A stretch of 64,000 nt of DNA, from assembly GCA_019057475.1 (NCBI GenBank), contig DXJO01000008.1, positions 1 to 64,000 on the forward strand. The letters run 5' to 3'. Made by a program: the position numbers and the translations under genes. Shown here one piece after another: positions 18,783 through 29,169 of the stretch; position 1 is the stretch's first letter; each line of letters opens with the position of its first letter. The notes beneath the pieces are model-generated. The model had not been told where the DNA came from. It saw nothing but the letters and a program-made list of their open reading frames with translations, and searched no databases. The DNA comes from Candidatus Thorarchaeota archaeon (GTDB taxonomy: Archaea > Asgardarchaeota > Thorarchaeia > Thorarchaeales > Thorarchaeaceae).

Positions 18783-20927
18783 ATGACCGACATCAACACG
18801 TCAATCACAGACGACCTAGCAAATCTTGGCGCTCGTGAGAAGAAGATGCCTAGGGTTCGTACTACTAGCAGTACCATGGAACCCTTTGCGGCACAGCGAA
18901 TCATTGAGAATCTGATGTTGGAGGCACGCCTGCTTCGCGCAGATGCACAGCTTGTGGCCATGAAGGTCATGGACCGAATCGTGGCGTCTGGCATCAAGTT
19001 CCTCTCAGGTCCGCTGATTCGTGAGATGTGCAACAGCGTGCTTGCAGAACTGGGACTTGAGAAGGAGCGCATACTGTACACTCGTGTCGGTATTCCTATG
19101 TATGACCTGAACCTTCTGATCAATGACCCTGGAGCACACACATCAAATGCTAATCTCATGCGAAACCCAGAGACCATCGCTAAACTCGTTCATGACCAGG
19201 TGATGGAGCAGCACACTTACCTCTCGATTCCTCCTCATCTTGCAGATGCGCACCTGAAGGGCGACATATACATCAAGGACCGCGAGTACTTCTCCACGCG
19301 CGATTATTGCGCGACCTGGGACATGAGGCAGGTTCTCCTCCTAGGGATTGCACCCGATGGGCTCGGCGGAATGCATTCCAGTGCTGCAGGACCCGCCCAG
19401 CATCTTCCAGTCGCAGTCAATCATTCAGCTATCTGGCTTGCCGCGGCGCAATCATCGTTTGCTGGCGGCCAAGGTTACTTCTACTTCAACACATTTCTCG
19501 CCCCCTACATGAAGGGCCTTTCCTACAAGAAGATCAAGCAGGCCGCGCAACAGCTAATCTTCACGCTCACGCAGCAGTATGTGGCCCGAGGCGGTCAGGT
19601 CATCTTCTCCAGCGTTGACCTCACACCAGGCATTCCCAAGATAATGAAGGATGTTCCTGCAGTCTTGCCTGGCGGAAAAGTCACCGAGCAGACCTATGGC
19701 GACTTTGAAGACGAGGCTCGCCAGTTCTTCAATGCGTTCATGGAGGTCATGATTAAGGGTGACATGAAGGGCAAGGGCTTCAACTTCCCGAAGCCGAACA
19801 TTGTCCTGCGTAAGGAGTTCATGAAGCCTGAGTTCGACGAGTCGTGGCGGCTTGTGGGCGAGCTGACTGCCAAGTTCGGGAGCCCGTACTTTGAGAACTA
19901 CCTTAACTGGAGATCCACAATTGAGGCTGGGTGCAGCAGTTGTTGTTCGCACCTGTGGACTGCCAGTAGCGACGAGGAGCTTGAGGAGTTCCTTTCAGGG
20001 AATATGGTCTTTGGGGCGTCTCAGATGGTCACGGCAAACTTCGGTCGCGCGGCGTGGGTTGGTCGGAGCGACGAGGACCACTTCTTTGCTAAGGTGGATG
20101 AGTATCTGGAGTTGAGCAAAGAGGTCATTCTGGAAAAGAAGCGCCTGATGGATAAGCTAATCGCCAGCGGAAGTGTGCCGTTCTACACTCAACCGAAACC
20201 CAATGGCGACCCGTTGATTGACATGAGCACGCGGGAGTTCTTGTTGGGAACAGTTGGCTTTACCGAGATGACGGAAATCGCCGTTGGCTCTCCCCTCCAC
20301 GAGCGTGAGGGCACTCGCTTCGGCATCAAGGTCCTGAAACATCTCAAGAAGCGAGCTAAGGAGTTTGAGAAAGAGACCGGTCTGAGCTTTGGGGTAACTC
20401 GTACACCAGCTGAGAGTGCCGCAGGTCGTCTGGCGTTGAAAGACTACAAGGCCTATCCCGGAATCAGGAAGTACCTCAAGGGCGAAAACCCGAATGTCTA
20501 CTACACCAACAGCACAACGTTGGATGTAGCCTCAGACTTGCCGCTGAGTGACCGAATCAAGAAGGAAGGGATGTTCCACCCGTACATGGACGGTGGCGCG
20601 CTGACACATGTCTATCTAGGTGAAGCTAATCCGGATCCCGACGCTCTGTGGGAGCTCACAAAGAAGATTGCCACATCGACACTTTCCTCTTACTGGAGTT
20701 TCACCAAGGATGTTTTGCAATGTCCGATGTGCAATTACCAGTCCGGTATCGACTGGAGAACCATGAAGTTCAACTCCGTTGAGGAACTGAATCAGATTCC
20801 CTGTCCTAGATGCGGATATGTTGGGGTGGAAATCTTCTCCAGAATTACTGGGTACGTCCAAGGAATTTCCACGTTCAACCCAGCAAAACAACAAGAGTTC
20901 CTGGACAGACACAGGTACACCCTCTAG
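18783..20927 (+). CDS. nrdD: Anaerobic (class III) ribonucleoside-triphosphate reductase with N-terminal ATP cone
   Basis: AHLKGDIYIKD, FPKP, TPAES, YYTNS, CPMC...CPRC Zn site, SRITGY glycyl-radical loop. Confidence 0.95.
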   Translation: MTDINTSITDDLANLGAREKKMPRVRTTSSTMEPFAAQRIIENLMLEARLLRADAQLVAMKVMDRIVASGIKFLSGPLIREMCNSVLAELGLEKERILYTRVGIPMYDLNLLINDPGAHTSNANLMRNPETIAKLVHDQVMEQHTYLSIPPHLADAHLKGDIYIKDREYFSTRDYCATWDMRQVLLLGIAPDGLGGMHSSAAGPAQHLPVAVNHSAIWLAAAQSSFAGGQGYFYFNTFLAPYMKGLSYKKIKQAAQQLIFTLTQQYVARGGQVIFSSVDLTPGIPKIMKDVPAVLPGGKVTEQTYGDFEDEARQFFNAFMEVMIKGDMKGKGFNFPKPNIVLRKEFMKPEFDESWRLVGELTAKFGSPYFENYLNWRSTIEAGCSSCCSHLWTASSDEELEEFLSGNMVFGASQMVTANFGRAAWVGRSDEDHFFAKVDEYLELSKEVILEKKRLMDKLIASGSVPFYTQPKPNGDPLIDMSTREFLLGTVGFTEMTEIAVGSPLHEREGTRFGIKVLKHLKKRAKEFEKETGLSFGVTRTPAESAAGRLALKDYKAYPGIRKYLKGENPNVYYTNSTTLDVASDLPLSDRIKKEGMFHPYMDGGALTHVYLGEANPDPDALWELTKKIATSTLSSYWSFTKDVLQCPMCNYQSGIDWRTMKFNSVEELNQIPCPRCGYVGVEIFSRITGYVQGISTFNPAKQQEFLDRHRYTL

Positions 20928-21009
20928 CTCGAGTGCTAAGCTGCAAGTGGGGGCTTATTCGCAGAAAGTCAACAGCAGAAGATTCCCATTCTTCGACAGG
21001 TTGATTCTG

Positions 21010-21173
21010 GTCTTCAGTGGTATCACCTAGATGGTGGGCATGCAGGAATAATCTGCTGCCCTTTCTCTGAGAGTGCGGGTCATCGATGAAAGTCCAAGGG
21101 TTGTGGGAGTGCGCTTCGTGGACGCTACTCCCGCAAGGACTTCCATCTCCAAGGGATGTCATGATTCAACCTT
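21010..21173 (+). repeat. Structured non-coding repeat, copy 1
   Basis: 96-nt core 21078-21173 matches 22235-22330 with 10 differences; long stem GATGAAAGTCC/GGACTTCCATC, inner TGTGGGA/TCCCGCA, upstream hairpin GGGCA/TGCCC. Confidence 0.85.
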
Positions 21174-21328
21174 TCATGCCCATTTCGGAGGTTCTAGTTG
21201 ACAGAGGGCGCATGTGGGTTTTCTAAGGGGTGCAGTTTATCGCATTTGGTTTCAGCTAATCACAACCTCTCTCTTTGGACGATACAAGAAATCTAGCCAA
21301 GAATGCACCGATCACGAGTACCGTGCAA

Positions 21329-21868
21329 CTATGACGGTTCCAATACATCTAGATATGTTAAGAAATGGCTTAGGAGATTCTCCAGGTCCTCTACTTTCTT
21401 TACTCCGGTAAGAACGAGCTTGCCTGAACCAAACGCTAGAACCGTCATTCGCGAGTTTCGCTTGTGGAAAATTAGTCCCGGAAAGGTTTCAGGGATATAG
21501 GTCATTTGATCATAATAGCATTCTGACAGCTTTTCAATGTCTAGCTCCCTTGCCAGGTTTGCAGTGGCTACAATATTCCATACTGCCAGCTTGAAATCGT
21601 ACTGTTCTATAATGCCAGCCTTCTCTAGTTCTCGAAGGACTGCTTTCTTTGCTTCATCTATTTCCTCAAAGCTCTTTGCCCCGGCAAACGCAATAATCCC
21701 GGATTGGTAGAATATGACAGCGATATCTGGACTCTCGAGCCGAAAGGATAGATTGCTGCTTACAAGGCTCTTTCTCTTTACGTGGAACAACCTACTAATA
21801 AGCCCTAAATCGAGTTGAAGCCCTGTCCTTATTGCTCCGAGGATGCTCTGTATCTCACATACAACCAT
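21329..21868 (-). CDS. tbp: TATA-box binding protein paralogue (N-terminal repeat degenerate)
   Basis: Second repeat WNIVAT...YIPETFPGLIF...FGSGKLVLTG; first repeat only partly recognisable (GAKS retained). Confidence 0.85.
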   Translation of the reverse strand: MVVCEIQSILGAIRTGLQLDLGLISRLFHVKRKSLVSSNLSFRLESPDIAVIFYQSGIIAFAGAKSFEEIDEAKKAVLRELEKAGIIEQYDFKLAVWNIVATANLARELDIEKLSECYYDQMTYIPETFPGLIFHKRNSRMTVLAFGSGKLVLTGVKKVEDLENLLSHFLTYLDVLEPS

Positions 21869-22168
21869 GGTGAGAGTTCTCCAATTGGCTGGTCAATCCA
21901 AATATGTTTCTAATAGTCTGCCGGTGAAATGGCATTTTAAGGCGAATGAATGGTTCTGACCATTGATGTTCAGTTCTAGATGCAGGGCATCAGCTTGAAA
22001 AAAAACTCGAAATCGCGTTTCAGACATTCCTATATCAGGCAATGACTGTATCTCAAGAACCACACGCAAAAAGGAGTTTACATCATGGTAAAATGGCATC
22101 GCTGATGCTCCGAAACAGCATAAGCCGTTTATGGACGGATGCAGGAAATGATGAACTTAATGAAACAT

Positions 22169-22330
22169 GTCTTCAAGGAGATTAGCAGATGGGAGCCAAC
22201 AGGGCTGGCTTGGTTCCCGTTTTCTGAGATTGGTGGTCATCGATGAGAGTCCAAGGGTTGTGGGAACGCACTTCGTGAACGCTACTCCCGCATGGACTTT
22301 CATCTCGAAGGGATGTCGTGATTCAGCCTT
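22169..22330 (+). repeat. Structured non-coding repeat, copy 2
   Basis: See copy 1; stem GATGAGAGTCCA/TGGACTTTCATC, upstream hairpin GGGAGCCAA/TTGGTTCCC. Confidence 0.85.
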
Positions 22331-22500
22331 ATGTTCTCATACAATGAAATCGATTTGGTCCTAGACTACTCACTAGACGCCATTCTCATGAAAACGGCCT
22401 AAGCTTGGAATTCTCCGGATCAAATCGGGGCAACAGAGATGCAGGAAGCTCTTTGAAGAAGGAAATCGTCAACAAGCATGCGCGAAAGTAGTGATTGCTG

Positions 22501-23022
22501 ATGAGGATTGAAATCGTCAACGTTGTGGCAACTTCAGACATTGGTGAAAGCATCGATCTTGATGAGATTTCTCGGATGCCACAAGTTATTTACAATCCTT
22601 CAAAGTATCGCTGTGCCTATTTCAAGGATGATGGAATGCAAGCCAAGGTTTCCATATTCCCCTCTGGGAAGATGATTGCGGTAGGAGCGAAGAGTGAAGA
22701 AACTGCGCGAAGAGATCTGCTACACGTAACTCAATTATTGGGCGTCAACATAGGTACGATAAAGGTCGAGATTCGAAATGTCGTTGCTACTGTGGATCTA
22801 GAAACTGCTATCAATCTTGAAGCTCTTCAAGACGTGGTTCCAGGAATTATCTATGAACCAGAACAGTTCCCTGGCGCAATCTTCAGGCCTGCGCGTCATC
22901 CTGTGACAGTCCTGATTTTTGGTTCAGGTAAGCTGGTCCTGGCAGGCTTGAAGACTTCTGAGTCGTTGTCTGATATAGTGCAGAATATTGTTCAAGAACT
23001 AAACCTAAGGGATTTCGCATAA
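22501..23022 (+). CDS. tbp: TATA-box binding protein paralogue
   Basis: IVNVVAT...IFPSGK..GAKS; IRNVVAT...YEPEQFPGAIFR...IFGSGKLVLAG. Confidence 0.92.
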   Translation: MRIEIVNVVATSDIGESIDLDEISRMPQVIYNPSKYRCAYFKDDGMQAKVSIFPSGKMIAVGAKSEETARRDLLHVTQLLGVNIGTIKVEIRNVVATVDLETAINLEALQDVVPGIIYEPEQFPGAIFRPARHPVTVLIFGSGKLVLAGLKTSESLSDIVQNIVQELNLRDFA

Positions 23023-23086
23023 ATTATGACTTGATTCGCGAGATCCCCACACATACTATTCACTTTGACCTGACAGCTAATGTGAA

Positions 23087-24556
23087 CTAATCGTTTGAAA
23101 GTTCTTCTTGAATTGATCTAAACTGATCCAAAGCAGATTCCAGGTTTTCAATAATGTCAGCGGCTATTACCTCAGGTTCAGGTAAGCTATCAATATCCTC
23201 AAGACTCTCATCCTTTATCCAGAGAATGTCAAGGTTCGCCTTGTCTCGTTGGATGATTTCATCATATGTGAATCTTCTAAAGCGTTCTGTTTCAGTACGA
23301 TTATATCTGTTGGATGGATTATAACACTCTATGAACTCTACAAGGTCCTCATACACCAAGGGACTGACTATCAACGTAAAGTGTTTGTTTGTTCTCAAAT
23401 CGTATATCCATAGTTCTTTGGTCCATGGTGTTTCACTAGCTGGTTTTCTATCGAAGAATAGGACATTCGCTTTCACACCTTGCGCATAGAACACCCCTGT
23501 AGGGAGTCTTATCAGCGTATGCACATCACATTCAGCAAGTAATTTGCGTCTGACTGTTTCTCCTGCTCCTCCCTCAAATAGTACGTTATCCGGCACAACA
23601 ATTGCTGCCTTACCCCCTATCTTCAATAAACTCTTGACATGCTGCAGAAAATTGAGTTGCTTATTTGTCGTTGTAGCCCAGAAATCTGGTCTTTCATAAG
23701 TCAGTGATGTCTTAGTGGCCTGCCCTTCTGCATTCATGATTTTGATACTACTTTTTCTACCAAAAGGCGGATTAGTTAGAACGATGTCGAAATGCTCTCC
23801 AGGATGCGACATGAGACTATCCTTAACAGCAATAGGTCCTTTATTCTCATAATACCCACCAATTCCGTGCAAATACAAGTTCATGAGGCAGAGTCTAGCT
23901 GTTTCTGGTACAAGCTCCCATCCCTTGAATGTCTTCATCTTTAAGAACTCTTTCTGGTCCTTGTCTAGCTTATATTGTGAAGAAAGAAATCCATGACCTG
24001 CCAGAAAGAAGCCTCCTGTACCACAAGCTGGATCACATATTGTCCTATTTGGCTCTGGTTGTATTACTTCAACAATGGCTTTAATGAGTGGTCTAGGAGT
24101 GAAATACTGACCTGCCCCACTCTTAATATCCTCTGCATTCTTTTGAAGCAGACCCTCATAGATATCGCCCTTAACATCTACCTTCAAACCCATCCAGACT
24201 TCTCCATCGATTAGATTATTCAGTCGTTTCAACTTTGCTGGATCTTGAATCTTGTTTGATGCACGTCTGAAAATATCTCCTAAAATTCCAGCCTCTTTGC
24301 CTAGTTTGTCAAGAACATGTCTATAATGTTGTTCAAGATCAACACCATCAAGATTTCTTAATGACTCCCAATTAAAACCTGAAGGAATAATGGATTTTCT
24401 ATTGTATGGAGGCTTAGTCTGTTCATCAGCCATCTTGAGGAATAGGAGATACGTCAGTTGTTCCACATAGGCGCCATAACTAACTCCATCATCTCTTAAG
24501 ACATCACAATAATTCCATAATCTTTGAACAATTGAACTCGCATTATTTCGACTCAT
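23087..24556 (-). CDS. hsdM: Type I R-M N6-adenine methyltransferase
   Basis: GQYFTPR, DPACGTGGF, TNPPFG. Confidence 0.96.
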   Translation of the reverse strand: MSRNNASSIVQRLWNYCDVLRDDGVSYGAYVEQLTYLLFLKMADEQTKPPYNRKSIIPSGFNWESLRNLDGVDLEQHYRHVLDKLGKEAGILGDIFRRASNKIQDPAKLKRLNNLIDGEVWMGLKVDVKGDIYEGLLQKNAEDIKSGAGQYFTPRPLIKAIVEVIQPEPNRTICDPACGTGGFFLAGHGFLSSQYKLDKDQKEFLKMKTFKGWELVPETARLCLMNLYLHGIGGYYENKGPIAVKDSLMSHPGEHFDIVLTNPPFGRKSSIKIMNAEGQATKTSLTYERPDFWATTTNKQLNFLQHVKSLLKIGGKAAIVVPDNVLFEGGAGETVRRKLLAECDVHTLIRLPTGVFYAQGVKANVLFFDRKPASETPWTKELWIYDLRTNKHFTLIVSPLVYEDLVEFIECYNPSNRYNRTETERFRRFTYDEIIQRDKANLDILWIKDESLEDIDSLPEPEVIAADIIENLESALDQFRSIQEELSND

Positions 24557-25897
24557 TCACACTAACCTCTTTTGCACCGACTGCTTTTCTTTTTTGATTC
24601 TACTAAGTAAGGCTTCAGCTGGTTCATCCTTTGCATTCTGTTTAACCAACTGCCCTCGAAAAGCTGAGCGGAGAATTGAGTGTTTCAAATTCTCGGCATA
24701 CTGATGACTCTGTTCAAGATTTCTAAGAGAATTAGAGGCTACCGATAAGTGACGATCAAGAGTATCTACAATCACCTGCTGTTCTGCTTGTGGTGGAATT
24801 GGCACTTTCGTGCTACGAAGACGGTTACCTGTAATAGCATTAAATGTGGTTCCTGTGCTTTGTCGAATAAAATTGTTCTTTAGTGCACGAAATAGATTGA
24901 GGGTGAACGAGGTTTGAGTGCTGTCTTTTGGTCTAACAGCAGCTAATCCCCGTCCTATACAGGCTCTTTCAGGACAGATATTTGTATCTCCAACAGGAGC
25001 TCTTACTGAAAGGAGCACATCTCCTTTTTCAGCAATTCTTATCGGTTCACTACACCATCGGTCAATCTTCGGGTATAATAATCCAAATTCTTTGCTTCCT
25101 TGGAAGAAAGGTAGCCCAATCCCATCTTTGTTATAGGTTGAAGATGGTGGCGATTGGCCGAGTATGATATCAAACGCATCGCCAGCTCTTTTCCATTCCC
25201 ATGAATCCGGGAGCCGCTCTGGTGCTGATTCAGAATGCTGAACTGGTGGGTATTGATTCGATTTTCTCCATTTGGCTGTTAAATCTCCTCTGAATGCGCT
25301 TCGAAGAAGAGAACTTCTGTATTGCTCTGCATTCACCTTGCTTGCAGATAGTGATCTCACACCTGCATCCAATCTACCAAAGAGTTCGTCAATTTTGGAA
25401 ACGATGCGTCTTTGTACATTAAGGGGTGCTAAGGGAATTGAAAGGTTTGAGAGTTTTGTGGCATTCACATTGGGCTGTCCAATGCCTACCTTGCTTTGAC
25501 TGATTTGAATCCAATAGAGCTGGGACTGAAAGTAATAATAAACGTATTTTTTGGAAATCAAATCATTTAAGATAACGCGGATAAGATAAGAGGCGAATAC
25601 AGACTCTGGAATGTGTGATGGGATCATATAGCTTTTGCCAACGGTAGCTCCTGTTCTCGCAAATACTATATCCCCTTCATCAAGCAGGTATTTTGAGATT
25701 TTGTCATCATCTATACTGCAATATGGAACAGTTTTCCAATTCACTTTTCCATCTTGGATGTCTGTAATCCTAAGCATATGTGGTCCTATTGGTTTTTCAT
25801 CTGCACTTGCTGTGTAACCATAATGAATCTTATTTGAAATTTCTCCAATGCGTGTCCATATCCATGAATTTGGAATATCATATTCCTCGGAACTCAT
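24557..25897 (-). CDS. hsdS: Type I R-M specificity subunit
   Basis: Two TRDs, each followed by P(L)PPL.(E)Q..IV and L..AFRG.L conserved regions. Confidence 0.95.
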   Translation of the reverse strand: MSSEEYDIPNSWIWTRIGEISNKIHYGYTASADEKPIGPHMLRITDIQDGKVNWKTVPYCSIDDDKISKYLLDEGDIVFARTGATVGKSYMIPSHIPESVFASYLIRVILNDLISKKYVYYYFQSQLYWIQISQSKVGIGQPNVNATKLSNLSIPLAPLNVQRRIVSKIDELFGRLDAGVRSLSASKVNAEQYRSSLLRSAFRGDLTAKWRKSNQYPPVQHSESAPERLPDSWEWKRAGDAFDIILGQSPPSSTYNKDGIGLPFFQGSKEFGLLYPKIDRWCSEPIRIAEKGDVLLSVRAPVGDTNICPERACIGRGLAAVRPKDSTQTSFTLNLFRALKNNFIRQSTGTTFNAITGNRLRSTKVPIPPQAEQQVIVDTLDRHLSVASNSLRNLEQSHQYAENLKHSILRSAFRGQLVKQNAKDEPAEALLSRIKKEKQSVQKRLV

Positions 25898-28695
25898 TGC
25901 ACCAGCACCTCATTAAGGTCTTCCAAAATTCTATTGAACTCCTCGCCAAATATCTGAAAGGCACGATATGCACCGCCTTTATGTTGAAATGGAACATTCT
26001 CGAAATCTTCAATTTCAATACTCAACGATTGAGCGACATGGTCCCTTATCATCTCTAACCATTCCAACTGCTCAGAAGTAAACTCTTTTCCACGACGTTC
26101 TTGCTCAGTCAACCAGTCATTGAACCTCTCTTCAACTCCTTCGTAGAATGGAGCTAAATCTTCACTTTCACCCAATGCATATCTGATGAGCGATATGATA
26201 TCTGTCAATAGCTTCCTAGCACCGGCCCCATGCACTCTTGACTTCTCAATCCTTTCATAAGCATCCCAGAGAAGTTTAGAAGTTAGACTGTATGGAGGCT
26301 TCTGCAATACCTCTGCAAGTTCTTTGATTGCTTCATAGGTCAGGTTTCTCTGTCCATATGGCTTACTGTATATAATCTGAAGTGCAAGTAATTCGTCCTT
26401 GTTTTCTTCAATGAAATTCTTGAAGCTGCTAACGATTTCTTTTGCTCGTTCTGTCGAAGCCTCATTAAATCCTGCATAGAGTACTTCGTCTCGACTTATA
26501 GTGTCAATAGTTTGTTCACTTCGCTTCTTAATCTCAATCAATATATGTCGAAGTTTGGGCCTGTCAAATGGTTTGCACCCTATTTTCACAAGGGCTTCTT
26601 TTGCCGCTTCTTGTTGTCCCTCATCTGGTTCAACTACATCAAACATTTCTTGAGCCTTTTCTATATGCTTGTCAGGGTCTATTGCATCAAGAAGACCATT
26701 AACAAGATCATTGAGGGATCTACCATCAGATGCTTTCGCCATTTCCTTTTCATCATTAGATGAAATCTTCTCATCTAACCGAGAAAGTCTACTTGCTAAT
26801 GATGATATACTGTCTTCATCCCTCTTTCCTAAAGCGATATGATTCAGAAGCTGCTCAAACGAAACATACGGTTTCCTTTCCAAAGAACGTGAATCGGTCT
26901 TATCATGCTCTGTTACTCCCACCGCATCAACTATCACAAAGTGTGTCTTGTGTGAAGTATCAGGTGTCACACTCTTCATTTCAGTGGTTGGTATGACACG
27001 TGTACCTCGCCCTTTCATCTGTTCAAAATACACTCGGGATTTCACATCTCGCATGAATAATAGACACTCAACGGGTTTGATATCAGTCCCAGTTGATATC
27101 ATGTCTACTGAAACAACAATGCGAGGGTTGTATGAATTTCTAAAGCTCGCAATTAATCGCTCAGGGCTTTCTCCTGTTGTCTTGTACGTGATTTTCTTGC
27201 AGAATTCATTCCCCTTTCCGAATTCCTCTCTGACGATATGTAGAATATCTTCAGCATGAGAGTCATCTTTAGCGAAGATGATGGTCTTTGGGACATGAGT
27301 TCTTCCTGGAAAGATCTCAGTGAACAACCTGTCTTTGAATGTCTTGATTATCAAACGAATTTGATCTGGTGCCACCACATCTCTGTCGAGCTGTTTCGAA
27401 TCATATTCTAGGTCTTCATCCAGTTGCTCCCATCTCAATTTCCGTGTCAGTTTATCTCGCTTATCGATATACTGCTTGGCCTCAACCTTACTTCCTTTTT
27501 CAGAGATCTGTGTTGAAATCCTGTAGATATCATAGTCCACATTCACTCCATCGGCGACAGCCCTTTCATGTGAGTATTCAGTAACCAGATTCTGTTTGAA
27601 GAATCCGAGAGTCTGCTTGGAAGGTGTTGCTGTCAATCCGATCAGGAATGCATCAAAGTATTCTAGAACCTGGCGCCAAAGGTTGTAGATTGATCTATGA
27701 CATTCGTCAGTGATAATGAAATCGAAGGTTTCTATTGGAATATCTGGATTGTAGACAACATCTCGTGGATCGCCATCAAGAGCCATTTCGAATTGGGATT
27801 CTTCTTCATTCTCAGGATCCAATTCTTCCCCTCGTAACATCGAGTATACTCTTTGGATGGTTGATATGCATACACGACTCACCTTGTCAATCGTGTTGGA
27901 TTTAAGATGTTGAACATTGTACAGTTCGGTGAACTTTCTCCCATCATCCGGAGTTTTATACTGTTGAAACTCTTGATACGTTTTTATACCCAAATTCGTT
28001 CTGTCAACAAGGAATAGAATTCGTTTCGCTTTAGCGAATTTTACTAGTCGGTAGCATGATGTGACAGCTGCGAAAGTCTTACCACTCCCTGTAGCCATCT
28101 GGATTAATGCTCTGGGTTTGGACTCGGAGAAAGACGTTTCCAAATTTGTTATTGCATCAATCTGGCAGTTCCAAAGGCCAGTTTCGATTAAATCAGGTAG
28201 CTCCTGTAACCTACCTCGAAGTGTGTCCTCTTGGGAAACCCATTCCTGGAGAGTTGCAGGTCTGTGAAATGCAAAAACTCGTCGTGATCGTGATTCAGGG
28301 TCTCGGATATCCCGGAAGAAGGTTTCTACACCTGTACTCTCGTAAGAGATGGGTAAGGGCTTTTGAAGGCAAGCAACATAATCTGGAATATTGTCCATGT
28401 ACTTCTTGGACTGGATTGCTACTCCCCCAAGAGTAGTACCAACGGGCTTGGCCTCCACTACTCCGACAGCCTTGCGTTCGACGAAGAGCAAGTAGTCTGC
28501 GGCATCCCTGCCGAGTGGAAACTCCCTGACTGCAACTCCTAGGGCGGCTCCCAGGTTTAATTCCCTGTAATCCTGAATGACCCACCCCGCGGTTGCTAGG
28601 AGTGTGTCAATATTTTGCCTTGCCTTCTCTTCGGGTTTCAGTGTTTTGCCATCCCCCGTATGGAGATACTCTCGTTTACCTATGTCTGAGAACAC
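25894..28695 (-). CDS. hsdR: Type I R-M restriction subunit (EcoEI-like; start may be near 28640)
   Basis: ADYLL...VEAK nuclease, MATGSGKT, DECHRS, GLTATP, QMKGRGTR. Confidence 0.95.
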   Translation of the reverse strand: MFSDIGKREYLHTGDGKTLKPEEKARQNIDTLLATAGWVIQDYRELNLGAALGVAVREFPLGRDAADYLLFVERKAVGVVEAKPVGTTLGGVAIQSKKYMDNIPDYVACLQKPLPISYESTGVETFFRDIRDPESRSRRVFAFHRPATLQEWVSQEDTLRGRLQELPDLIETGLWNCQIDAITNLETSFSESKPRALIQMATGSGKTFAAVTSCYRLVKFAKAKRILFLVDRTNLGIKTYQEFQQYKTPDDGRKFTELYNVQHLKSNTIDKVSRVCISTIQRVYSMLRGEELDPENEEESQFEMALDGDPRDVVYNPDIPIETFDFIITDECHRSIYNLWRQVLEYFDAFLIGLTATPSKQTLGFFKQNLVTEYSHERAVADGVNVDYDIYRISTQISEKGSKVEAKQYIDKRDKLTRKLRWEQLDEDLEYDSKQLDRDVVAPDQIRLIIKTFKDRLFTEIFPGRTHVPKTIIFAKDDSHAEDILHIVREEFGKGNEFCKKITYKTTGESPERLIASFRNSYNPRIVVSVDMISTGTDIKPVECLLFMRDVKSRVYFEQMKGRGTRVIPTTEMKSVTPDTSHKTHFVIVDAVGVTEHDKTDSRSLERKPYVSFEQLLNHIALGKRDEDSISSLASRLSRLDEKISSNDEKEMAKASDGRSLNDLVNGLLDAIDPDKHIEKAQEMFDVVEPDEGQQEAAKEALVKIGCKPFDRPKLRHILIEIKKRSEQTIDTISRDEVLYAGFNEASTERAKEIVSSFKNFIEENKDELLALQIIYSKPYGQRNLTYEAIKELAEVLQKPPYSLTSKLLWDAYERIEKSRVHGAGARKLLTDIISLIRYALGESEDLAPFYEGVEERFNDWLTEQERRGKEFTSEQLEWLEMIRDHVAQSLSIEIEDFENVPFQHKGGAYRAFQIFGEEFNRILEDLNEVLVQ

Positions 28696-28848
28696 ATTGC
28701 TTTGCCTTTAATATATCTGGGATTCTTTGGAGTAATGATTTGGTTGTTAACTGCAGGTCTGGGAGTAGGTGATGCTCGCATCGAATTCCTGGAATAATTC
28801 GGTTGATGCGCTGCTCTGGTCCAAGTCTACCACGCCCTGTGTTCCTAA

Positions 28849-29169
28849 TTCACCACGAAGGCGGACAAACGACTGAGGGAGAGAGTTGAACTGCATTTCC
28901 CAAGGGTCGGCAACGAACCGGCTGGGTTTATTGTCAAGAACCAGATGAAGAGATGGGGGAGCTGCACGAAGGACGGAATCCTTAATCTGAACTGGAAGAT
29001 AATCATGGCGCCGATGTCCGTTGTGGACTATGTGGTAGTTCATGAGTTGGTCCATCTTGGTGTACAGGATCACTCGCGGGAGTTTTGGCAGAAGATGAGA
29101 GTTGTGCTTCCTGACTATGAACGCAGGAAGGAATGGCTTCGTATACGTGGACCAACATTGGAGTTCTAA
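28849..29169 (+). pseudogene. 3' fragment of M48/YgjP (DUF45) metallopeptidase
   Basis: ADKRLRERVELHFPRVGNEP...KRWGSC...NLNWKIIMAP..VVDYVVVHELVH...HSREFW; in-frame TAA at 28846-28848; N-terminal half missing. Confidence 0.8.

Noticed and set aside
22149-22227. C/D box sRNA (ATGATGA ... CTGA)
   Set aside because: The C box is not present in the other copy and there is no clear D'/C' pair
21010-22330. TPP riboswitch, hammerhead or RNase P identity for the repeat (CTGAGA, GATGA..GTCC/GGAC, GAAAGTCC, AGGGA)
   Set aside because: Motif order and spacing do not fit: no ACCTGAT after CTGAGA, no CTGATGA/GAAA core, and too short for RNase P
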